Source: Enoplolaimus lenunculus (taxonomy: Eukaryota). Taken from it: 64,000 bases of DNA. Location of the stretch: assembly GCA_030248215.1 (NCBI GenBank), contig JASANG010002125.1, forward strand, positions 186,001-250,000, read 5' to 3'. The position numbers were made by a program, and so were the translations under genes. This document shows positions 48,901 to 57,318 of the stretch, one piece after another (the first letter of the stretch is position 1; each line of letters starts with the position of its first letter). The notes under the pieces are model-generated. The model was not told where the DNA came from. It saw only the letters and a program-made list of their open reading frames with translations, and searched no databases.

Positions 48901-51900
48901 TTGTATATTACATTAAACGAGGAACCGGTATAATTTATCTCTGGCCCAAGTTGATACTTTAAGAGGCGTACCGTTTTCCACAGGACTATAATAGAGTAAG
49001 CGTAAACTTTTGACTATTTTTTTGCTTAGGATTAGGCTAAGGCTTGCGGTTAGTTACAGGCTTATATACACAGAGGATTTCGTTTAGAAATATTCTTTTA
49101 TACCGCAGTTGTGTACGCCCCTCAAAGTAACATTGGCCATTTAACGATCGATCTTTTCGACTACTGGGCCATTGTCACTTTAAGGGGCGTAACAGTAGAT
49201 TAAGCGTATTATTAAGCCTAAGCCTTAGCCTAAGCGTTGCAAAAATGTGTTGCTAAGCCTAAGCCTAAACCTAAGCCTAAGCCTAAGCAAAAAATGTAGT
49301 CTAGTATCTAAACCTACTTGTTCATGGACCCATCAGAAATCTGGACGCCCCTTAAAGTAACATGGGTCGACTACTGTATGCGTTATAAACAAATCCACAT
49401 TTTAAGCAGGAATTTTACGCTTTGTTTTACTAGCAGTTGGAACAAATTCGTCTTCTATGCAAGAAACTGTTTAGTCAAACCACCAAAATCGTGCTATCTC
49501 GGCAGCAAAATATGTCTTTGAATTGGATTTTATTTAAAAAACACTGGGATTAATCAGACTTGAATTACAAGAACGAGATAAAACTGAACTCTTTAATTCT
49601 AAAAAAACTAATTTCATTGGTCAGTCTTTTTAATGTACAAATCCTGTACACCTGTAATATATGTGTGTCCATCAAATAGCAATTGAATGGATTATATATA
49701 GCTGAAAAGTCCACATACGTATTTTTGGAACAGTATTGTTTATAGTTTTCCCGTTTAGCTGCGCCCGTTTTGTTTTCCGGCCACGCTGTCCTTTTACAAC
49801 ATAGATAACGACAAAACACGCGGAAATATATTTATCAAATGACTGCGAATCCATCGGCGGATCATAAATCTTCTGATGAGGTAATTTTTACTGTATGCTA
49901 ATTTTGTGAAAGTTTCCCGAGGTTGAAAAATTGGGCCCATGTAAAGATCAGGGGCGGAACGTTTTTCTGAATGACTGCAATAGAGTAAGCTTAAGCTTTA
50001 GACAAATTTTTTTCCTTGGCTTAGACTTAGGCTTAGGCTTAGGAATATGCTCATTCTTACGCTTAGGCTTAGGTTTAGGCTTAGGCTTTGGAATATGCTT
50101 ATAGTACTGTTACGTCCTTGATTACCATTTTTATCACAAAAAATTTTCTGACGGGGACCTTACGCGTCCTCCTCCTCCGACCCTTTTTGGATCCGCATCC
50201 ACTAGTGTATGGATCATGATCTGAGCTACATTTTGTCGTGACAAGACACCACCAATGGAACTTACTCGCAAGTTGCCAGATACAAGAATACTTCGGACTT
50301 TTGTATGTACAACATTTGTCCTTTCAATCGTAGTTCAATGCCATCATCTTCGCCGCCCTCTTTTTCTTCTCCAGTTCCTGTGCGCGATTCGTTGTCGTCC
50401 ATGTTGTTTACCGCTGCAACGTGTGTCTCTTGGTGTGCTGTCTCACCTATAAACAACAACAAATTAAATAGCACAATTTACCTCAAATGAAGATTTGTTG
50501 AGCGATGGAATCAAAAACATTTTGACTGACGGTAGCGAAGCAGAGAGAAAAAAGATCGAGAGATAAGCGAGCGAAAAGTCTGACGCAGTTTTAGTGCTAA
50601 ATCTTAGTGCACAATTTTGGTTTTGATTCCTTTTGTAGTAAACTGTTTCAAAGCCTGCGAGCTCCTCGTGGAGTTACCAGTGGATTCGTCGTGGTCGTAT
50701 AATTTTTATTTTAATTATCCGCTAAATTTGCCAGCTGTGAAACATCATTCAGGGTCCAACTTGCAAACAATTGACCCATCCTTTCCCATAGATTTTTGCC
50801 GAGGCCATAAAAATACTTTTAACAGGATCCTTACGCCTTCCAAGGGTCTAAAAATGATTCTGTTTTTATAATATCATAGCCACTGTAAAAAATGGGGAGT
50901 CAAATTGACTCTCTCGGAAATAGGCTTTTCCTGACAACACAAACTGAGTCTAATTCGACTCCGCCACAGTCAAACGTGCGTCATAGTGAATCAAATTTGA
51001 CTCTGGTGGAGTCGAACTTGACTCAGTTTGCGTAGTCAGGAAAAGTCTATTTCCAAGAGAGTCAGTTTGACTCACCATTTTTTGCAGTGCCCATTTAAAA
51101 TGAATTTTTACCTTCTGGTAAATCAATACGATCAAGCAATTCATCATTAATTTTCAACGAGACCGCTCCTTCAGTGTGTTTGCGCAAAACGCGTTTCATA
51201 CTTTCGAGTTTGAATATGTTGTTCTGATGATGTTTACACTGAAAATAGCAATGGCCAATGTATAGAACAGGGCCGTAAGAGAAGTAAAAGCATTTCCTAA
51301 GCCTAAGTGTAAACCTAAGCTTTAGGGTAAGAATGACCTTATACCTAAGCCAGTGCCGGAGTAGACAGAGGTTGGAGCTCCTTCCCAAACTCACGAGCGA
51401 AACGAGCGAGAAGCCGAGCGCGTTTTAAAATTTCGGCAGCTTTTTGATTCAACCGGTTATGGTGGAAAACGTTTAGGTGTGGGTTCCCCTAAAGGGTGCC
51501 ATGGGGGTGGCTGCTATGCTCCAGCCCTGACCTAAGAGTAAGCGTAAGTCTAAGCCTAAAAATATTAGCCTAAAAGCTTAACCTTACTCTGTTGCAGTCC
51601 CGCAGAAAACCGTTTCGCCCCTAATTGTTACACGGACCATATCGATTATTGAAATATTCGAATTCAGTTGAATCGGAAACATGATTATATCCGAACAGAG
51701 AATAATACAAGAAACAAGTCAAAGTTTGACAATATATTACAAGATATGTTAACTATTTTTGCACTAAATTTTAGTTGCATCACTTGTTTTCTACATTAAA
51801 TCTAAATAACGGCACAATGCAATGAATGCAATACCTAAATGTCCGCTTGAAAAAATAGCGTTAGACATCATAATTCAGCTATAGATCTTTGAAGTTAGCA

Positions 51901-52843
51901 GTTCGCAAGAAGAATATTTTTTTCGGAAGTGCAGTATTTTTTATTTCGGCTATACGGCCTGGCCAAAATCTAATTTTGGGTACTGGTTCCCCGCTGTCCT
52001 TCACCCCGCAACAGAGCTTATATCAGTAATAAAATCCGTTTCAACCACACTTACTCCTTCAAACGTAAACTGAATAACCGGACGAACCAAATTGAACTCT
52101 TGATCGACTTGTTGTCCAATCAAATGTGACATCAGGTTCAGTATCGCTTTACCGGCCAATTGTATGGTCATATTTTTGTTGAACACCAAATAGAACGGAA
52201 ACATTTGTAAAAAGCTCACACTATCAACAGGAATAAACTCATTTTGTGACCGGATTTGCATCCGGACTTCGCGATCGCTTTTGTAATCGTTGTTTTTGAA
52301 GTAAACTCGCAGGACACAGTAGAGAATACCGCGGCGTTCTTCTTTACTCAACACTTCAATTCGGACTTCGGTTTCGTAGAACAAACTTGCGACTTCCATT
52401 AAAATTCCGACCACATAGCTCAAATAGCCTTGTCGGCGAGATCTGTAGTGTAGCACAATGCCTTTCGAATCTTCACGTTCACAGTAAAACGATGGTGCTT
52501 TCAACTTTGGATAGCTGAATCGAAAATATTCGTGTAAATTGTCGAGACCTTTAACAAAATCAGAAAAGCGGCGGCCTAAAATTCGCAACAGCTTATCGTA
52601 GTCGTACTGACACATGAAATGAACGAAATATTTTCCAGCGAGAATGCCAACGTCGTGAAACGATAACCCAGTGATTTCAGTGACTCCAGTGAGCAGATTG
52701 GGCACCATACGCTCCGAGTAACGCTCGTGCATACTGAAGTCCGAGTTGTAAATGTTCGCAAATTCTTTGACTTTTAGCCATGTTGGCCGGCCAAAATGTG
52801 TCACTACCATAAACCGTACACCGTTTATAATGAGTCCATACAT
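31781..52843 (-). CDS. gcy-33: Atypical (O2-sensing type) soluble guanylate cyclase, GCY-33-like; 14 coding exons, ~2918 aa with a very long low-complexity C-terminal tail ending in CaaX
   Basis: Exons 52843-52055, 51238-51112, 50446-50266, 48663-48534, 47923-47777, 46673-46527, 45779-45623, 45179-45067, 44290-44192, 43466-43285, 42468-42380, 41389-41316, 40606-36251, 33946-31781. Phases are compatible throughout (total 8757 nt). Domains in order: H-NOX, PAS/HNOBA, coiled coil, class III cyclase. The N-terminus resembles my recollection of C. elegans GCY-33. Confidence 0.85.
34114..34360. mobile_element. ~245-bp AT-rich CAC..GTG MITE
   Basis: TA|CACAC...GAGTG|TA; repeated in the window. Confidence 0.88.
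35271..35466. mobile_element. TTAGGC-MITE, TSD GTTTAGTT
   Basis: GGCCAGTGTATATAACAGGGCCGGAAC / GTTCCGGCCCTGTTCTATACATGGGCT. Confidence 0.9.
36251..40606 (-). CDS. gcy-33: sGC exon 13: 4.36-kb exon encoding a low-complexity S/T/K/E/N-rich region with internal repeats
   Basis: TTTTCAG|GAT at 40606 is in frame with the 1441-aa ORF; candidate donor ACG|GTACGT at 36251 (phase 0). Confidence 0.8.
40826..41022. mobile_element. TTAGGC-MITE, TSD TAAACTTT
   Basis: TIRs plus identical 8-bp flanks. Confidence 0.85.
41316..41389 (-). CDS. gcy-33: sGC exon 12 (linker)
   Basis: [40 protein letters not shown]; phases 1/0 fit. Confidence 0.75.
41514..41671. mobile_element. TTAGGC-MITE inserted in a GC-rich Harbinger-like remnant (~41480-41789)
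   Basis: TSD GTCACCCA/GTCACCCG; the flanks match the element at 10523-10813. Confidence 0.85.
42380..42468 (-). CDS. gcy-33: sGC exon 11 (Ser/Arg-rich linker)
   Basis: TTTTCCAG|..[38 protein letters not shown] donor; phases 2/1 fit. Confidence 0.75.
42688..43126. mobile_element. Longer, diverged relative of the piggyBac-like MITE
   Basis: CCCTTCTTAC...GAAATAGAAAA..CTGAGAAAGGG|TTAA; shares GGCTCGAA and ATAGCTGAG.GGT. Confidence 0.65.
43285..43466 (-). CDS. gcy-33: sGC exon 10 (end of cyclase, start of tail)
   Basis: [19 protein letters not shown]...SVQN; CAG|GTAAAA donor. Confidence 0.88.
43735..43954. mobile_element. TTAGGC-MITE
   Basis: ATGTAAAGATCAGGGGCGGA / TCCGCCCCTGTTCTTTACAT. Confidence 0.85.
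44192..44290 (-). CDS. gcy-33: sGC exon 9 (cyclase, part 4); GC donor
   Basis: ...[12 protein letters not shown] joins GKGKMETF of the next exon; TTTTGCCAG| acceptor, AAG|GCACGT donor. Confidence 0.85.
44435..44630. mobile_element. TTAGGC-MITE (degenerate)
   Basis: ATGTATAGAACAG...family internal sequence...ACGTTCCGCCCC. Confidence 0.7.
44765..45008. mobile_element. ~245-bp AT-rich CAC..GTG MITE
   Basis: TA|CACAC...GAGTG|TA; repeated in the window. Confidence 0.88.
45067..45179 (-). CDS. gcy-33: sGC exon 8 (cyclase, part 3)
   Basis: [34 protein letters not shown], the guanylate cyclase signature. Confidence 0.95.
45623..45779 (-). CDS. gcy-33: sGC exon 7 (cyclase, part 2); acceptor reads TTTCCG
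   Basis: [15 protein letters not shown]...[14 protein letters not shown]...VKIKIG continues directly from VYK; donor TAG|GTATAC. Confidence 0.88.
46527..46673 (-). CDS. gcy-33: sGC exon 6 (cyclase catalytic domain, part 1)
   Basis: [15 protein letters not shown]...[29 protein letters not shown]| acceptor, AAG|GTAAGG donor. Confidence 0.92.
46903..47052. mobile_element. TTAGGC-MITE (GTTAC subtype)
   Basis: CATGTTACTTTAAGGGG / CCCCTTAAAGTAACATTGGCC. Confidence 0.85.
47454..47638. mobile_element. TTAGGC-MITE, TSD AAGAATCC
   Basis: Identical 8-bp flanks; right TIR intact. Confidence 0.85.
47777..47923 (-). CDS. gcy-33: sGC exon 5 (coiled-coil signalling helix)
   Basis: [36 protein letters not shown] (D-L-L-x-x-M-x-P-x-x-V-A); TTTTCAG| acceptor, CAG|GTATAC donor. 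Confidence 0.92.
48215..48428. mobile_element. GAGTC-rich CAC..GTG MITE
   Basis: Same family as 18296-18505. Confidence 0.88.
48534..48663 (-). CDS. gcy-33: sGC exon 4 (end of PAS, start of helix); not in the ORF track
   Basis: [43 protein letters not shown] matches the sGC GL.xSD....D..RD motif; CACAG| acceptor, |GTAAAA donor. Confidence 0.88.
48943..49138. mobile_element. TTAGGC-MITE (older copy)
   Basis: GGCCCAAGTTGATACTTTAAGAGGCGTAC / GTACGCCCCTCAAAGTAACATTGGCC. Confidence 0.8.
49167..49368. mobile_element. TTAGGC-MITE, TSD GACTACTG
   Basis: TIRs plus identical 8-bp flanks. Confidence 0.9.
49933..50120. mobile_element. TTAGGC-MITE inside a GGCGGATC..GGATCCGC hAT-like element (~49851-50204)
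   Basis: GGCCCATGTAAAGATCAGGGGCGGAAC start; the host ends resemble 30542-30852. Confidence 0.75.
50266..50446 (-). CDS. gcy-33: sGC exon 3 (PAS/HNOBA)
   Basis: Contains the hallmark [10 protein letters not shown]...FLYLAT; ATAG| acceptor, GA|GTAAGT donor. Confidence 0.9.
50881..51089. mobile_element. GAGTC-rich CAC..GTG MITE
   Basis: Same family as 18296-18505. Confidence 0.88.
51112..51238 (-). CDS. gcy-33: sGC exon 2 (PAS/HNOBA)
   Basis: [20 protein letters not shown]...LPE, AG|GTAAAA donor; phases 0/1 fit the neighbouring exons. Confidence 0.85.
51253..51638. mobile_element. TTAGGC-MITE interrupted by a hAT-like insert (51351-51529)
   Basis: Insert CAGTGCCGGAG...CTCCAGCCCTG flanked by ACCTAAGC/ACCTAAGA. 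Confidence 0.75.
52055..52843 (-). CDS. gcy-33: sGC exon 1: H-NOX heme domain and start of PAS
   Basis: [12 protein letters not shown]...[32 protein letters not shown]...[13 protein letters not shown]: proximal His, YxSxR motif, FPFYLVFN; donor GGA|GTAAGT. Confidence 0.95.
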
Positions 52844-54792
52844 TGTGAGTGATTTTTACTCGTTTTTTTAAAATTCAGTTCGATATATATTTGCTAATAT
52901 TTTTTGCCTTTCCAGACGGATATTTCAATTTGAATCTGTCAAAAAATTATTTGCCATACACCATTGTAAAACTTAAAAAGCATATTTCGCTCGAAAAATT
53001 TTTGTAATTGTTCAACATTTGTTGAAGTTGAATAAATTGCAATTTTGCATTTTTGAATCGCAGAATGCAAAAAACAATTTTACAAAACCAACGCTTATTA
53101 ACAATAATCGGATTATTATTCAGGTAAATAGTTTTTGCCTTTAACTGTTTGTATCATTAATTATAAAATTTAGATCTGAAAAAATTAATTAAACACGAAT
53201 ATGCGCATTTAACTTTTAAGTTATGATATATTTAATATATAATTGGTCCAGGTTATGTTGATACGTACGTTTGCAAATACAACGTTTAATATCTGCATTC
53301 TCTAAAGTATTTGACCCGTTCTCTCACGTTCCAGGCTACCACTGTAGGTCGCGTCCGGCTCTGGCGCCGACAGAAAATGGACCTCCGGCTCTGGATCCGG
53401 TAGTCTTTCTGCTGGAGGTTCTAGCAATTTCGGTAATAAAATTTCGCATAGTTTTACAAGATTTATTTTCTTTGGAGCGTTGCGGTTCAACTTTTGGCTC
53501 AATTTTGAGGAAAAATATTGCCAAGATTTACGTAAAACAATAAGTGTAAATCGAAAAAATTTAACAACACCTTACACATATTTGCTAAAATTAGCTAATT
53601 AAGCATCATTTTAGCAGCCTATTCGCGTCCCCTAAATATTCACTTTCGGCTCCAGCTCCGGCCAATTTTGCTGATTTCCCGCTCCGGCAAATTTGGCTGA
53701 CCTCTGGTTGCGTCTCCGGCATACTCACCTCCGGTTGCACCCTGTTAGTTACTGTTCATACTCGACATCTTGTACGCGTGAAATCGACAGTTATAATACC
53801 GTTCAAGTTACAAGAAATGTAAAATCAATTTGAATTTAGGGCCTAAACATAAAATACGGCACAGACCTCAAACCAGAAACCCTTAAATACTTTGACAGTA
53901 GGTCTGCCTTTCTAGTGAAACCTAATGAATCATACTTAAAACTTAGAAAATTTCTACAAAGAAATTACACTTAAACTGATCCAAAACAATATATACTCGA
54001 AGAAACAAAAATCATACGACTAAACCGTTTACATATACTAAACTTGGGCCGGAAAACTTGAAAATGCATTAAACGAAACGGTCGAAATTAACTAATTAAC
54101 AGCAACTAAACCGGATATTGAACCGGAAATAATTTTAGAGTCTACTTTAAATTGTGTGAAAAAGTTATTTTAACCAGAATTTCTTGCAATTAGTAATTTT
54201 CACAACTTTTTTTGACTCGAGCACATTGAATTCATTTTAAACTTTTGTCGTAAGTTGCTTTTACGCCCATTAGAACGAGGTGGTAAAACGTGTTCTAATT
54301 AGGACTAAAATGTTTTGGGTTTCCGTTTTGAATAAGTTTTTTTCTGTTCTATGCTTGAACTAAACCTGAAAGCTTTTATTACGGCAAAGTTCGAGTTCAT
54401 TAGATAAAATTAATAAAATTAAGTCATAAAATTTTGGCTTAAATCAATTTTTTACGGCGAGAACTAAGTGTCTCCATTAACGTTTTGCGGTAATCTTAAG
54501 ATTAAATTAACTTTTGATAAGTTAGAAACTTTAAATATTACAAAATACAAAAAAATTCGTAAATTAAGATTACAAAATAGAAAGTATATACTTTAGTTGA
54601 ACTTGGACAAAAGGTTAATTTAAACAAAGCATACCGGATATGTGAGTCAAAAATTACTTAGAAACGGCATAAGGTTTCACAGCTGAGTTTGAAAGCACAT
54701 TGACATCCGGAGAATAATTCTTCAGAATTAATAATTGACAAAACTCCAAGGAACAGCAGGTTATAATGCAAAAATAACGGTGGACATATATT

Positions 54793-54991
54793 CGCCGCAA
54801 AAAATGGTGAGTCCAATTAACTTTCTTTGAAATAGGCTCTACAGGACTACACAAACTGAGTTAAACTCGACTCCGCGTCGACTCACTGACTCGACCGCTT
54901 GACTCTGGCTGAGTCGAATTTGACTCATTTTATGTAGTCCCGTACAGCCTATTTCGGAGCGAGTCAATTTGATTCAGCATTTTTAGCAGCG
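54793..54991. mobile_element. GAGTC-rich CAC..GTG MITE (diverged termini)
   Basis: Same family; TT/TT flanks. Confidence 0.8.
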
Positions 54992-56873
54992 TTCTTTTAG
55001 ATTGGCACTCCAAAAATGACCTAACCCTTTTTCTTACACAGCAAACCATGACCAACAAAGAGCAAACGGCGCACGCAAAATATTACAACCTACGAGTGTC
55101 GAACAACAAATGCAACTTGCTCACAACTCGTGAAAACGCCTTCGAGTACGAGCGGCAAGCTTCAGCCGAGCGGTGAGGGTAAACGCCTTCCGACAAAAAG
55201 TTTTAGCGTTTAGATCCGTGCTTGCAGTTACGGTTTAGATAAAATAGAAAATATTACCGCGCTGTTCAATGATTAAAGAAACGTACGTATTACCTAATTG
55301 TGAGAAATTTTTTACTGTAAATTCCAGTGAATGGTTTTAATTCTGAATTAATTAAATCATCGTGTCTAAATTAAGTGTTTCAGAACTCAGAATTCTGAAT
55401 TGATTGAACTATTTCTGATTTAATCAACTCATCCTTAATTAAATCAAACTCTCTTGGGCGTTCGGCGGCGTGCGACAGCGTTCGACACAGTAAGGTATAC
55501 CGCAACCCTTTGGAGGATCCAAATTAAGTTTAGAATTATCAAAAAATAAACCAGTGACAAATCCAGTATTTTTCAGCAAAAGAGGATGCTTTTGGGTGTA
55601 TGTATTTGATAGTTTTAACTTAAGGTAGCAAATATTTACCAGAGTAAATACCAAATACATCCACAACACAGTGGATCCAACCAAAAGTGGATGAAGCATA
55701 ATTGAACAAGAGTATGCAACTGAATACATTTTTTGTATGAAAAAATGTACTCGGCACGCGTTGCGTTTTTTGTCTACCCTCACTTATTTAGAGGGGGGTG
55801 CAACCTATGCGAACCATGACACAATATTTATCCGACATCAAATATGCTACTATAATAAATCAATTTATGATTAATACTACATGAGACAGCAACCCTCCTT
55901 CTACATACGGTGGTCGGCCAAACGCAACGCCCGGTGCTACATTTTGTACCATGCGGAACCTTAAGAGTTGCACACTCTTGTATCATGCACTCTTGATGCA
56001 ACGCTGCGATTAAGCCAGTTCGTTAGACTAAACGATTTGCACAGATCGCTATATATAATATATGTATTTCTTTACTGATTTTTCAACGCTTGATATAAGG
56101 CTCACATATCTCCTCGTACGTTTTTTTGACGAAATGCACGCAAAAGTTTGTTTCATTCATGCATTCAACTCTGCAATTCCCCTTTTTTCTACTTCAATCT
56201 TGTCATCAGCGCAAAATAATTTTAAACAAACACGCAATTTTAAAGCAGCCACAGAAAGAAATTGCGAAAATTTATTAATGAAAAATTGAAAACATTTCAC
56301 TGAAAAAATTCATATATTTCTAAATTTGACTTCAAATTTGAGCAGTTTTCGTGGTTCTGGACGGAAACGCAAGTTTTCGTTGCTGGTCAGTGTAGCTTTT
56401 ATTGCAAAATTGTTGATTTGAATTTTGCCATGAGGGGATTTTATTTTTAAAATTACGATTGCAGCTTAAATTACAACTTTTTACACCTGTATGCAATTGA
56501 ATAATTGAGTCTGTTGGTTTTATTACAGTTTGATATTTCGAGATAACTCTATTTACGCATTATTAAGGATCATCCAAAATTGTACCCGTATTGCTTTTGT
56601 GTGGAGTTCCGTTTTTCTGCGGTACTGCAATAAACTTGGGTTTAGACTTATTGTTTTGCTTGCTTATTCTTAACTTTAATGTGATATGTACGCTGAGATC
56701 TATGTTTAGTCTTACAATCATGTTTACGTTGTTATTAACGCCCTAAGCATATAGTGTCGTGTCTTCTGTTTGCTCAAGCTTGTAGCCACCTCATCTTGCT
56801 AGGGGGCTAAAAAATTTCCAGAAAAGGGCCACAAAGGTTTTCCATGACGAATACAAGCCAGTTTTACAATTTT

Positions 56874-57071
56874 GGCCCATGTAACGACCATAGGGGAAGA
56901 CGTTTCTCTGTGAGACTGCAATAGAGCAAGCTTAAGCTTTAGACTAATTTTTTTGCTTGGCTTAGGCTTAGGCTTAGGAATATGCTCATTCTTACGCTTA
57001 GACTTAGGCTTAGGCTAAGGCTTAGAAATATCCTTATAATACTGTTCATGCACATGTTTTTTACATTGGCC
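56874..57071. mobile_element. TTAGGC-MITE, TSD ACAATTTT, nested in a hAT-like MITE (~56775-57140)
   Basis: Identical 8-bp flanks; the host halves rejoin to the GTAGCC..GGTTAC family. Confidence 0.88.
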
Positions 57072-57242
57072 ACAATTTTCAATGTGGGGCAAAACATATC
57101 CAGAGGACTGAGCACCCTGGTTGCCCTCTGGTTACGGACAAGTGTTCAGAATCACACCCATGAACATACTTATACGCTGGCTATTGGCGATTGCTGCTGT
57201 CTTTTATTTGTAATTCGATGCAGTTCGCACGATATTAAAGGA

Positions 57243-57318
57243 ATGATGTCGTCCATCTGCTGTGCCGTTGCAGCTTTGCTGATCCTTTCAAAATTGGTTA
57301 CGTTCGTCGAAAGCCAAG
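57243..57318 (+). CDS. PAN gene exon 1, signal peptide
   Basis: MMSSICCAVAALLILSKLVTFVESQ hydrophobic leader; AAG|GTACAC donor. Confidence 0.75.

Noticed and set aside
53331..53744. CAGG..CCTG-bounded segment with repeated GCTCCGG motifs as an sGC exon or promoter
   Set aside because: It looks like a decayed TIR element, but the TSD is unclear and there is no second copy in the window
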